A stretch of DNA of 63,963 nucleotides, counting the filler, from Lama guanicoe (taxonomy: Eukaryota), in the NCBI GenBank assembly GCA_013239625.1. It is 80 parts of 79 records of this genome, joined end to end, with 100 filler letters (N's around TTAATTAATTAA, not from the genome) between each part and the next. Parts side by side here need not be neighbours in the genome. Positions count along the whole stretch, not along the records: positions 1 to 393 come from MU054589.1; positions 494 to 1,416 come from MU054590.1; positions 1,517 to 2,118 come from PNXV01008507.1; positions 2,219 to 2,686 come from PNXV01008511.1; positions 2,787 to 3,246 come from PNXV01008512.1; positions 3,347 to 4,127 come from PNXV01008513.1; positions 4,228 to 4,918 come from MU054591.1; positions 5,019 to 5,602 come from PNXV01008520.1; 72 more parts are not named here. One strand, written 5' to 3'. The first letter of the stretch is position 1, and each line of letters begins with the position of its first letter. This document shows positions 1-11,994 of the stretch, in pieces. A model generated the notes under the pieces. The model worked only from the letters and a program-made list of their open reading frames with translations. It was not told where the DNA came from and ran no database searches. The translations under genes and the position numbers were made by a program.

Positions 1-79
1 ACACACACACACACAGATGTATGTCACAAAATTCTGTTCTAAAATGTTCCTTTCCTCCTGACTCAATCTCAGATCTCAG

Positions 80-268
80 GAGGGAGAAATGAATAGATGG
101 AGAAGAAGGGATATTTAGGGCAATGAAATTACTCTGTATGATACTGTAGTGGTGGCTACATGTCATTATGCATTTGTCAAAACCCATAGAATGTGCAACA
201 CCAAGAGTGAGCCCTAATGGACTTTGGTTGATAATAATGTGTCCATGTTGGTTCATCGATTGTACCAG
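80..268 (+). mobile_element. Old L1 (L1MC-like) 3' UTR fragment
   Basis: gggcaatgaaattactctgtatgatactgtagtggtgg...catttgtcaaaacccatagaatgtgcaacaccaagagtgagccctaatg resembles the recalled L1MC 3' end. Confidence 0.7.
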
Positions 269-393
269 GCTTAGAAATGTCAAAAGACAAGCACGGTAAG
301 TAACAATGTGGTTTCTAGTCTTTTCCTCCCATTAACTTGCAACATCTTTGTGGAAAAATAACACACAGACCAAAGACCCTGGAAGGCAAGGCA

Positions 394-493
394 NNNNNNN
401 NNNNNNNNNNNNNNNNNNNNNNNNNNNNNNNNNNNNNTTAATTAATTAANNNNNNNNNNNNNNNNNNNNNNNNNNNNNNNNNNNNNNNNNNNN
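394..493. other. Artificial contig spacer N44-TTAATTAATTAA-N44 (first of about 79 in the window)
   Basis: Identical palindromic 12-mer with stop codons in all six frames, flanked by 44 N on each side. Recurs at 438, 1461, 2163, 2731 ... 62223, 63270. Confidence 0.98.
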
Positions 494-1543
494 ACTGACA
501 AGAACTGGTCCAGGACACACAGCCTTTCTGTCTTCAGCAGTGGGTACCAACTAAAACCACTTTGCAACTACTTCTCATTAGGACTAAGTAAGAAAATACA
601 CCTGCAAACTGATGAAAAATATATATTATTATATGCAAGTAAACCAGCAGTGATGGTGATATACTCTATTCTTACCACCTGCAGCTGATCTGAACTCTCA
701 CAACCGCTCACTGTATGAGAAGGGAGGGAGAAAAGAAGTTCTCAGGGTAGTTTGTCACCTGCTGTCCATCAAGTCTAATAAGATGGATTGTGAATAGGAT
801 TTTTCTATCCCTTCAGCCTGTTGAGAAAAGGAACACAATTAACACGGTCTCCACTCATCTGTTTACAGAGAACTCTATGCAGATAGTAAGTCTGGCCTGT
901 GCGTGGTTACATAAGTACCCACCATGTCTTGATTCTTGCTTCAAATTTGTTGATAAATGTTTACATTCTAGTTAAGCTGGACAAAACATTTCACAGAATG
1001 GCAATGGAAATGACAAAGAATAAGATGAAAAGGTGGTGAGAAATCCTCTTAGGTGGGTCCTATTATCATCAAAAGAGGCAGGTCAAATACCTTGTCCAAA
1101 GGCACCCTTGACAGAGCAGGCATGCGAACCCAGGGCTGTCTCACTCCAGAACACAAGCGCTTAACCCCTATTCTGAGCCATCTGTTTGCATACTCTCTTC
1201 TCTGAAAAACATCTACAAAATCTCTTCTACCCGTACTGAGGAATCCCAAAATTCAGAATCTACATGACAACTTGGCATGACTTAAGAGGATCCCAACATC
1301 ACACAGATTGTGAATACAACTGACTTGCTTTCTAGTCACCTTATAAATTTAAAGGAGACACTGGCAGTTACTTCTAAAACATACATGGGATATAGTTTTC
1401 CATTCAGATGGAAAACNNNNNNNNNNNNNNNNNNNNNNNNNNNNNNNNNNNNNNNNNNNNTTAATTAATTAANNNNNNNNNNNNNNNNNNNNNNNNNNNN
1501 NNNNNNNNNNNNNNNNCTTTACAGTTTTTGTCCCAACTTTCTT

Positions 1544-1826
1544 CATTCTCCACTTTATTTTTTTTTTTAATTTTTTAACATTTTGTATTGAGTTCTAGTC
1601 ATTTTACAATGTTGTGTCAAATTCCAGTGTAGAGCATAATTTTTCAGTCATACATGAACATACATATATTCATTGTCACTTTTTTTTCGCTGTGAGCTAC
1701 CACAAGATCTTGTATACATTTCCCTGTGCTATACAGTGTAATCTTATTATCTGTTCTGCATATGCCTGTCAGTATCTACAAAGTTTGAAATCCCAGTCTG
1801 TCCCTTCCCACCCATTCTCCACTTTA
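1544..1826 (-). mobile_element. 5'-truncated lineage-specific L1 3' end with poly(A) and 14-bp target-site duplication
   Basis: Poly-T at about 1558-1576, then L1 3' UTR to 1812. CATTCTCCACTTTA occurs at both 1544-1557 and 1813-1826. The same UTR family is at 7199, 40996 and 50160. Confidence 0.88.
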
Positions 1827-2218
1827 GGTCAAAGAAATTGTTATCACTAGCCATCATCATTGGTGATGGGGAGTGACTCCAGCAAACACACAGACAGAGA
1901 AACCCACAGAAGACCAGTTTGAGATTTTAGGCTTATACATGTATTCATATCTTCACATTAAAGATTTTGAGCCTCTTTTTCTGGAAAAACACAATGAATA
2001 GAAAAACGAGAAGACATTGTTAATGACCTCAAGTAAGTGACGTTATCAGGAGGGTGTGGGGCGGAGCAAGAGTAGCTGTGCCCTTTGGCTAGAATGAGAC
2101 CAAAAGTGGCAGGAGATGNNNNNNNNNNNNNNNNNNNNNNNNNNNNNNNNNNNNNNNNNNNNTTAATTAATTAANNNNNNNNNNNNNNNNNNNNNNNNNN
2201 NNNNNNNNNNNNNNNNNN

Positions 2219-2686
2219 CTTGCTCTTCTATCATTCATTATACACTCTTTTCAAACCTTTCTCTCCAGTCTTTTAAAATTCTTTCTCTCTTTTTTTTCTA
2301 ATTCTTATTCCTATAGAGGCATTAGATAGATAAACTCCTTAAGGACCACAATAGATAACTGATACTCCATAAACCACAGTGCCAGAGAGGCATGAGCATG
2401 ATGAAGAAGCAGAGAAACCATCCCCAATTAAAAGACCAAGAGAAATCCCCTGAAAAAAGTTCAATGAAACAGAAATTGATAGCCTACTAGAAAGATCAAC
2501 ATTTCAAAAAAGGAGTGATCAAAGTATTGAGGGAACTAAAAGAGATAGTGTTTAGAGAAATAAAATATGCCAAAAATGAAATTGAAGCTACAAAAAAGAG
2601 CCAAGTAGAATTGATAAACTCATTGACTTAGATGAGAAATGATCTAATGGCTGAGCAAACCAGACTAGAAAATGAAGAGGAACGAA
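2219..2686 (+). mobile_element. L1 5' UTR end and ORF1 N-terminus, disrupted
   Basis: T-rich UTR followed by ATG at 2392/2401 giving MKKQRNHPQLKDQEKSPEK, then a coiled-coil-like A-rich stretch with a frameshift and stop. Confidence 0.8.
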
Positions 2687-2786
2687 NNNNNNNNNNNNNN
2701 NNNNNNNNNNNNNNNNNNNNNNNNNNNNNNTTAATTAATTAANNNNNNNNNNNNNNNNNNNNNNNNNNNNNNNNNNNNNNNNNNNN

Positions 2787-3246
2787 CCGAGTTGGAGCTA
2801 ATGCCATCCCATATACATATATACAGTGGAGTATCCCTCTCAATAAAACTTTGTTTTCCAAACAAGCTAGGTAATTAATGGCTTTTACACTGACCTAAAT
2901 CTCAGAATTTAGCATGTGGAGAGATTTTCGTTCGTCTAACCTAAAAGGAATGGTTTGCAGTAGAAACACTTACTCTGGTTTCTCAGTCTGTTTCCTCATG
3001 CCGGTTTGAAGTTCATGCAGTTTTCACTGTAAAACCGTGTAAATTTAGTAATATTACCTCCCCATATATATTTATATAGTGTAGTTTTCCAGTGTAAAGA
3101 AAGTGTGTGTTCCAAACAAGCTAGTTGGTTGACTGCTTTCACACACACTTAAATCTCAGAATTGAGCATGAGGTGTGACGTTTTTTCATTTAACATAAAG
3201 GGAATGTGTTGCTGTTGAAACATTTACTCTGGTTTCTCAGTATGTT
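2787..3246 (-). repeat. ~250-bp satellite (family B), diverged, about 1.8 monomers
   Basis: ccaaacaagctag at 2858 and 3112 (period 254). Reverse complement of the array at 33089-33825. Confidence 0.88.
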
Positions 3247-5702
3247 NNNNNNNNNNNNNNNNNNNNNNNNNNNNNNNNNNNNNNNNNNNNTTAATTAATT
3301 AANNNNNNNNNNNNNNNNNNNNNNNNNNNNNNNNNNNNNNNNNNNNAAGAAGTGAAGACTCTTCCTGATGGTCCCAGAAGGTTGAACAGTTAAGACAGGA
3401 GACCAGAGAGCCGGGGAGTAGGCAAATTACAGATAGCAAAGGTGGGGAGAGGGGAACAGCGTTTGTATGAAGTTCATCTCGGGTTTCAGCTCTGCCATTC
3501 CACACAAACTTCAGAAATCTGGAGCCCATACATCCATAAATCACTGTGAGGATGATTCTCTGAGCAGAGGTAGAGGAACACGGATATTACTGTGCATTGT
3601 GAGCACGGAAGCACAACAGAAAACCTCTCCATTCCCTGTTTTCACTTTTTAAATTTTTATAACTAAATCCCCCAAACACTGACCCAGAAATTATTCCAAT
3701 ACCCCAGACAGCCTACCTTTTCATGTATTTCCCTGAGAGTAGAAGGAACAAGAATACAAAGAAGAAAAAATAAAGAACAAAAAAATAGAAGGAAAGGAGG
3801 AACACAATATTGAATTTGACCAGAAAAATGGGGCCAGAAAAATTCCGACCAGGTCAGAATCAGCTGTGTGAGTCAGCAGGGTGTCAAGAACTGAATAGTA
3901 GGAGAGGAGAAGTGGGAAGTTAGTCAGAGTGGACATTATACATCATACACATATCCTATTTTTCACCAACTAAATTCTTTTTGGAATCATTTCTGTGCAA
4001 ACAGTGAGAGTATATTTTGGTTTCTAAAACTCCTAATTTCAAGTAGTTGTATTGACTTCTGCAATTAACAGTGCATGCATCAGATAGTTTTCTTTGATTA
4101 GAATTTTCATATAATTGAATTATCAAANNNNNNNNNNNNNNNNNNNNNNNNNNNNNNNNNNNNNNNNNNNNTTAATTAATTAANNNNNNNNNNNNNNNNN
4201 NNNNNNNNNNNNNNNNNNNNNNNNNNNGTAAGGAATTAGTGATAATTAGGGCTCCCTTCAGGGAGATGTGAGATTTAAGAGATGCCTTGAAGAGTCAATA
4301 GCTTGGGAGCAAAGTCCAGATCAGCAGGTTATATGAGTAAGGTACAAGGATGGAAATGGGTATGATGGGCTAGTAGAATAGTGACTTTTTTTAAAGGCAC
4401 AGTTTCATAGTGTACATTTAATAACAAGTGTATGTTGGCAGGGGTATTCTGAGTTTCCTTAAACATGGAAAAGCAAACAAAACCACAACAACTGAGGACA
4501 GAGGTCACTCACTCTCCAGTGACCAGCAAACTGTCTTTTCTATAGATGCTGTTCAGAAAAAAATGAAATACAGGAAGAACTGATCCTTGCTTAGTACTTA
4601 GCACTGTAAGTTAAGTGATNNNNNNNNNNNNNNNNNNNNNNNNNNNNNNNNNNNNNNNNNNNNNNNNNNNNNNNNNNNNNNNNNNNNNNNNNNNNNNNNN
4701 NNNNNNNNNNNNNNNNNNNNNNNNNNNNNNNNNNNNNNNNNNNNNNNNNNNNNNNNNNNNNNNNNNNNNNNNNNNNNNNNNNNNNNNNNTAGTCACACAA
4801 TAATAGGGAAAAGCTGCCCAAACATCTTAGTAGTTTCAGTCATGACACTAGACATCTGGAAACTTCTGAAAAGCTGCAGGCGTAGCATTGCATGGCCATG
4901 CTAAACGTAACGTAATGANNNNNNNNNNNNNNNNNNNNNNNNNNNNNNNNNNNNNNNNNNNNTTAATTAATTAANNNNNNNNNNNNNNNNNNNNNNNNNN
5001 NNNNNNNNNNNNNNNNNNACTGACAAAGACTTAATTTTGGATAACAATGTGCTGTTTTCTCATGTTTACATTATGGGATGTGAAGATAATCCCTCAGATC
5101 CACAACAAACATTATCGCTGAAGTGCTGGGCAAAGAAGTGTAAAGGTTCTGCATTTTTAGTACTGAGGACTGCTTTCAAAATGATGACTAAGCTCACTCT
5201 AATCCAGGTAGTCCAAAGAAAGAAATGTTATTTCAATTTGTAGCTTAAAGGGAATAAATCAGCGGTTCAGTCTCTATATATTAGTCAAGGTGTGTTCAAA
5301 GACAAATTAAGTTGTGTCATCAATGATAATTACATAAATTAAAAAAAAAACAATTAGACATAAGCTTATATTAAAAAGGAGACACAGTCCTGTTCTGGGC
5401 ACTGGGGACTGGAGAATATATATGCCTCTGTCCAATACAAGGGTTCAGTGGCTTGGCCCTAGCATTGGCTGGTGATTCAATGAACAGGTAACAATTAGTA
5501 TACTTGGAGAAATATAATCTTCCTATCCCTGATTGGAAGAAAATCTGGTGGAACAATGAACCTCTTAATTCACAGAGATTCTGCCAGATGCGGAGGAATA
5601 TTNNNNNNNNNNNNNNNNNNNNNNNNNNNNNNNNNNNNNNNNNNNNTTAATTAATTAANNNNNNNNNNNNNNNNNNNNNNNNNNNNNNNNNNNNNNNNNN
5701 NN

Positions 5703-6235
5703 CACTCCTGGGCCTGCACACTCCTGGATCTGTACACTCCTGGGCCTTCACACTCCTGGACCTGCGCACACATGGACTTGCATAAACCTGGGCTTGTACA
5801 CTCCTGGGCCTGCTCCCATCTATGCCTGCACACTCCTAGCCCTGTTCCCACCTGTGCCGGCACACTCCTGGGCCTGCACACTCCTGTCTCTGCACACTGC
5901 GGAATCTTCACACGCCTTGGCCTGCACACTACAGGACCTACACCCTCCTTGGCCTGCACACACCTTTGTCTGCACACTCCTGGGCCTGCAATCTTCAGGA
6001 CCTGAACACTCCTGGGACAGCAGACACCTGGGAACCTGCGAACACTCGGGCCTGCATGAACCTGGGCTTGTACACTCCTGGGCCTGCAAACTTCAGGACC
6101 TGCACACTCCTGGGACAGCAGACACCTGGGCCTTCACACTCCTGGACCTGCGCACACTTTGACCTGCATAAATCTGGGCTTGTACCCTCCTGGGCCTGCT
6201 CCCATCTATGCCTGCACATTCCTAGCCCTGTTCCC
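5703..6235. repeat. 16-bp GC-rich minisatellite (CCTGGGCCTGCACACT) with ~386-bp higher-order period
   Basis: Units are visible throughout. The variant block ccttcacactcctggacctgcgcacac...ccctgttccc recurs at 5745 and 6131. Confidence 0.92.
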
Positions 6236-6335
6236 NNNNNNNNNNNNNNNNNNNNNNNNNNNNNNNNNNNNNNNNNNNNTTAATTAATTAANNNNNNNNN
6301 NNNNNNNNNNNNNNNNNNNNNNNNNNNNNNNNNNN

Positions 6336-7098
6336 ACTTGGGCACAAAAGAAATCTCAGCAATTTTAAAAAGATAAAAATTACCTCAAGAATCTTTACTG
6401 AACACAATATCATGAAGCTAGAAATCAACAACAGAGAAAAAAGGAGAACAAAGGAAAACATGGAGATAAAACATTATGTTATTAAAAAACCAATGGGTCA
6501 ATGAAGAAATCAATGCTGAAATGACAAATTACCTTGAGACAAAAGAAAATGAAAGCAAAACCACACAAAATTTATGGGACACAGCAAAAGCAGTGCTGAG
6601 AGGGAAGCAGTGCTGAGAGGGGAGTTAATACTGATACAGGCCTTCCTCAAGAAAGAAGAACAACCACAAATAAACAATTTAACCCTCCAGCAGAATGAAG
6701 TAGAAAAACAAGACCAAAAAGGCAGTGGAAGGAAAGAAATCATCAATAATGGGGAGGAAATAAATAAAATAGATATTAAAAAGACCATAGGAAAAAAGTC
6801 AACCAATCCAAAAGCTGGTTTTTCCAAAAAGTAAGTTAAATCAACAGACCTCTGGCCAAACTCAAAAAGAAGAAAAGAGAGAGAGCACAAATTAGCAAAA
6901 TGAGAAAGGAAAATGGAGAAATTACAACAAAAAAATAGAAAAACAGAATATCATACGAGAATATTATGAAGAGTATATGGAATAAAACAGTATAACCTTG
7001 AAAAGATGGACAAGTTTCTGGAAACATACTGTCCACCAAGAATGAATCGAGACGAAACTGACCCCTTGAACAAATAGAGCACTAGAAATGAAATCAAA
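6336..7098 (+). mobile_element. L1 ORF2 fragment (endonuclease C-terminus and downstream), degraded
   Basis: Partial translations QNLWDTAKAVLRG and LIQAFLKKEEQPQINNLTLQ match L1 ORF2; multiple stops and frameshifts. Confidence 0.92.
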
Positions 7099-7198
7099 NN
7101 NNNNNNNNNNNNNNNNNNNNNNNNNNNNNNNNNNNNNNNNNNTTAATTAATTAANNNNNNNNNNNNNNNNNNNNNNNNNNNNNNNNNNNNNNNNNNNN

Positions 7199-7331
7199 AT
7201 CTTGTGGTAGCTCACAGTGAAAAAATAAATATATGTATATTCATGTAAAACTGAAAAATTGTGCTCTGCACCGGAATTTGACACAACATTGCAAAATGAC
7301 TATAACTCAATAAAAAATGTTAAAAAAAAAA
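7199..7331 (+). mobile_element. L1 3' terminus with AATAAA and poly(A)
   Basis: Reverse complement of the 1558-1710 L1 end; finishes caataaaaaatgttaaaaaaaaaa. Confidence 0.85.
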
Positions 7332-7834
7332 GACTTTGGTACTTGTTTACTGATGCATTTTGAGAGTTGTTTGAAATCTTGCTTTTGTGAATCGTTTTGT
7401 AGGTGAGGAGTGTTTGCCAGGGACATTGTTGTTTTAGTCAAACTGGTTGGCGATTTGGGGGCCTTCAGACTGTTACCTGGTACTGAGTGTGTCTGCCAAC
7501 TCCAACCTCTCTTTGACTGGCTTCCTTTCTGGTATGAGTGGTTTGGTTAAGTGGATTTTTTTTTCTCATGAGTTTATATTGAAATGTTGACACCATGCCC
7601 CACTATCTGTGATACCCGGGTGCCCACATGAATTGAGCTCGGTCCTCAGAGCATCCCACATCACAGCCCATGCACACCTGGGATGCTGTTCCTTGGACCA
7701 GTGCCATCCCCCTTACTCTCCAAGCTCCAGCCCCACTGGTCTCCTTGGCCCCATGGCTCCTTCACTTGCTGTTTCCTCTCCCTGGAAACTTCTCGCCCTT
7801 CTTATTCTGGTAAGTGCTTTATGCAATGACAAAG

Positions 7835-7909
7835 TGTCAGCTGAAATAAAATGCACAACATGAAAGTTGACAGCGATGTTGCATTCGGCAGATTTCCTGA
7901 GGACTCGAG
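7835..7909 (-). mobile_element. ERV LTR 3' end fragment
   Basis: tgtcagctgaaataaaatgcacaacatgaaagttgacag resembles the reverse-complemented end (...GACA) of recalled cetartiodactyl ERV1/MER41-like LTRs. Confidence 0.5.
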
Positions 7910-8009
7910 NNNNNNNNNNNNNNNNNNNNNNNNNNNNNNNNNNNNNNNNNNNNTTAATTAATTAANNNNNNNNNNNNNNNNNNNNNNNNNNNNNNNNNNN
8001 NNNNNNNNN

Positions 8010-8447
8010 CTGAACTGCCCGGCAGCGGCAGCCGAGCCGAGGGCAAGCGACGGCCCAGGCCCCAGGCCGTGTTCCTCTTCCAGGAGCTTGTCCGGGAGCA
8101 ACCGGCTGCCGCCAGCTTCCACGCTTTCTGGGCGGGTTCCGGCGTCCGCGCGTCTGTCCGTCTGCGCGTGCGCGCCCCTCCTCCTCCCGCCCGCAGTGCA
8201 AACTGCTCTGGTGGGTCTCCTGCTTTACCGAACCTGGCACGGGAGGAGCCAGGTGGGGCCCCTCCTGCTCGTCCCGCCGGGTCTCCTTCCCCAGAGACTT
8301 CACCCCGCCACTGACTGGGTCCTGGCACTGAACTAGAACCATGACTGCCCTGGGCCAGGCCGCACCCCGCCGGCCCCACTTCCCCTGCTCACCTTCCGCA
8401 CCCTGTTACTATGCTCCCACCCCTGGCCAGGCCCAGTTTCCCACCGA
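8010..8447. promoter_or_regulatory. CpG-island fragment, possible promoter or first exon
   Basis: Very GC- and CpG-rich, with GC boxes (gggcggg near 8129, cccgccc near 8186); no repeat recognised. Confidence 0.55.
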
Positions 8448-8813
8448 NNNNNNNNNNNNNNNNNNNNNNNNNNNNNNNNNNNNNNNNNNNNTTAATTAAT
8501 TAANNNNNNNNNNNNNNNNNNNNNNNNNNNNNNNNNNNNNNNNNNNNTTAAAGCTACTTCATACGCAACTATTAACAAAGAAAGTAATTGCTGCCATTGT
8601 TCCAGATAGCCTGCAAGGAGTTGCAGAATTGAATTATGGAGAATTACCTGGATAAATCATGCTGGAAGTAGATTTTCCACTGGTGCAGCATTTAGCCTCT
8701 AATGCAAAGAGCCAGAAGCAGTCTTTCGATGGAATCTCAAAGTACGCTCAGTTCTTTCCTGGTTTCTAGGACCAGGAAAAGCAGTAGTACCTTTCTCTAC
8801 CTAAAAAGGAATG

Positions 8814-9070
8814 TGGAGGAGTAGGAGGAGGTGGAGTAGGAGGAGGAGGAGGATGTGGAGGAGAAGGATGTGGAGAATGTGGAGGTGGAGGATTTGGAGG
8901 AAAGGATTTGGAGGATGACGATGTGGAGGATTTCGAGGAGGAGGATGTGGAGGAGGAGGATGATGTGGAGGAGGAGGATGTGGAGGAGCAGGATGTGGAG
9001 GAGGAGGAGAAGGAGGTGGAAGAGGAGGAGGTGGAGGAGGAGGAGGTGTAGGAGGAGGAGGTGGAGGAGG
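8814..9070 (+). repeat. Degenerate (GGA)n purine-rich simple repeat
   Basis: Runs of gaggaggag interrupted by gtg, gat and tag up to the contig end. Confidence 0.95.
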
Positions 9071-9170
9071 NNNNNNNNNNNNNNNNNNNNNNNNNNNNNN
9101 NNNNNNNNNNNNNNTTAATTAATTAANNNNNNNNNNNNNNNNNNNNNNNNNNNNNNNNNNNNNNNNNNNN

Positions 9171-9649
9171 ACTTGGCTTGACTTCCCTGAGTGTTTCCAT
9201 AGGCAGGGCTGTGAGCGAAAGTGTGGTTGGACACTAAACAAAAGTAATAACGAGTGCCTATTTATGAGCAGTGGAAGTGTTTAACTACATCCCCAACCTG
9301 GGAACACCTGTGCCCCCAGAAAGATGCGTGGACTCTGCTTCCCTCCTCCAGCACACACACGGCATTGGGTTCAGTTGTCGTGAGTGTGGGGAGGTTCTTC
9401 CCGCTAACAGCAGCGCCTGGGTTCTAATACAATACCTTAACTTGTCTTCCATGATTGATTGAAAAGGCCGGTGTGAGGGGGCAAGTTGGGATTTGGCTCT
9501 AAACCAAGTATTNNNNNNNNNNNNNNNNNNNNNNNNNNNNNNNNNNNNNNNNNNNNNNNNNNNNNNNNNCCCCTGAAACATGCGTGTGCTATGTTTCCCA
9601 ACGTCCAGCACACGCAGGAAGAAGTGTTCTGGGGTTCTGAGTGTGGGGA
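9171..9649 (-). repeat. ~266-bp satellite (family C, diverged relative of the 267-bp satellite)
   Basis: Aligns by eye with 25968-26366 and shares gggaacacctgtg, gtggggaggttc and cagcgcctgggttctaa with family A. Confidence 0.82.
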
Positions 9650-9749
9650 NNNNNNNNNNNNNNNNNNNNNNNNNNNNNNNNNNNNNNNNNNNNTTAATTA
9701 ATTAANNNNNNNNNNNNNNNNNNNNNNNNNNNNNNNNNNNNNNNNNNNN

Positions 9750-10859
9750 TTCTACATTCTATATTCTAAATTCTATAATCTATATTCTAAATTCTGTGGT
9801 CTTTATTCCGTGTTCTTAATTCTGGGTTCTATAATCTCTGTTCTATATTCTATATTCTGTGTTCGAAATTCAATATTCTAAATTCTATATTTAGTATTCT
9901 CAATTCTATATTCAAAATTCTGTGTTCTACATGCTATATTCTAAATTCTATATTCTGTATTCAAAATTCTGTATTCTTCATTCCGTGTTCTAAATTCTGG
10001 GTTCTATATTCTCTATTCTATATTCTATATTNNNNNNNNNNNNNNNNNNNATTCTATATTCTGCATTCCGTATTCTATATTCTATATACTGTGTTCTACA
10101 TTCTATATTCAAAATTCTATATTCATTATCCTGTATTCTATATTCTAAATTGTGTGCTTTGAATTCCATGTTCTAAATTCTGGGTTCTATATTCTCTATT
10201 ATATATTCTATATTTTTTGTTCTTCATTCTATATTGTAAATACTATATAGTGCATTCCGTGATATATATTCTATATTATGTTTTCTACATTCTATATTCT
10301 AAATTCTATATTCAGTATTCTGTATTCTATAATCTAAATTCTGTGTTCTGATTCAATTTTTAAATTCTGGGTTCTAAATTCTCTTTATTATATTCTATAT
10401 TTTGTGTTCTTAGTTCTTTATTCTGCATTCTATATTCTGCATTCTGTATTTATGTTCTATATTCTGTGTTCTACATCTACTTTCTAAATCCTATATTCAG
10501 TATTCTGTATTCAATATTCTACATTCTGTGTTCTGCATTCTATGTTCTAAATTCTGGGTTCTGTATTCTNNNNNNNNNNNNNNNNNNNNNNNNNNNNNNN
10601 NNNNNNNNNNNNNNNNNNNNNNNNNNNNNNNNNNNNNNNNNNNNNNNNNNNNNNNNNNNNNNNNNNNNNNNNNNNNNNNNNNNNNNNNNNNNNNNNNNNN
10701 NNNNNNNNNNNNNNNNNNNNNNNNNNNNNNNNNNNNNNNNNNNNNNNNNNNNNNNNNNNNNNNNNNNNNNNNNNNNNNNNNNNNNNNNNNTTATAAATTC
10801 TATATTCAGCGGTCTGTATTCTATATTCTAAATTCTGTGTTCTGCATTACATTCTCTAA
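9750..10859 (-). repeat. 7-bp AT-rich satellite (TATTCTA/TAGAATA variants)
   Basis: Continuous TTC-anchored 7-mers. Confidence 0.95.
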
Positions 10860-11994
10860 NNNNNNNNNNNNNNNNNNNNNNNNNNNNNNNNNNNNNNNNN
10901 NNNTTAATTAATTAANNNNNNNNNNNNNNNNNNNNNNNNNNNNNNNNNNNNNNNNNNNNTGTGTTCTCAGGATCTGAAAAGTGTTTATGTCTATTTCTTG
11001 AGATGCACCTTTTCTCTGCTGGTTACAGAAAGTCGAGGCGGGAACACAGCCGTGCGCTGTGTGTGTCTGCCGGCTTCACGGGCTGCTCACAGTCATTTTC
11101 ATTTTCTTGTGTTGCAGTTTATGAAGGTTTTCCATGAGACATATTGCTCAGCCTTTTCCTGAATGAAGGACTGAATTTTCCACAGGAAATTTTATGAAAG
11201 AGAGTGACAAGGCACATGGGTTTCCCAAAAAAGAATAGTTGAGGTAATAAACTCTCACTATGGTGAACTTTTTTAATACAAGCCAGTTGAAAATTTTATC
11301 ACTAGGTTATATGCCACAAATCTGTCTTAAGAATAAAAAGATTCAAATTTTATAGAAGAAGCAGTTTGAATTAAGTAGAAATTATGATTTGTACACTATT
11401 TGTTGTTAACTATAATCAGTCTTATCATAATTGCCTGTGGTAGGAACTGGATCATTATTTATTTATTTAAAAAAAATCCACTAGGTGCTATTTGCCCCAT
11501 TCTTGATGCGGCAGTGCTGAGGTTAGTTAAGTTGGGCCATTTAGAATTCTTGGCTAGGTTTTCAGGACATTGATTTCAGCCTCTTTATCTTTTTTAGAAT
11601 CTCTTATTTTGTGTCTGCCTTTGGTCTTTTGACAACGTGGAAACACTGCAGGGATCTGTCTATCCCTTTTTTCCTGTCTTTGTGGGAAAAGATTTCTATA
11701 AGGCAGACTATTAGGACATTAAGGATTTTATGTGGGGTAAGTTTGGTCAGCTCTAAGGGTTATAATTAATATGTATTAATACTTGCTATTCAGCTAATGT
11801 TAGTAAAATTATAAAATAACTTAAGTATACATCAATAAGTATAGTACAAATGTTCAATATCACTAATTATCAGAGAAATGCAAATCAAAACTACNNNNNN
11901 NNNNNNNNNNNNNNNNNNNNNNNNNNNNNNNNNNNNNNTTAATTAATTAANNNNNNNNNNNNNNNNNNNNNNNNNNNNNNNNNNNNNNNNNNNN

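Noticed and set aside
5651..6283. Cys/His-rich overlapping ORFs resembling keratin-associated or metallothionein proteins
   Set aside because: The 16-bp unit is not a multiple of three, so the same peptides rotate through all frames.
8855..9118. Arg-rich protamine-like or acidic ORF
   Set aside because: Translation of a (GGA)n simple repeat with a GTG start and frame switches.
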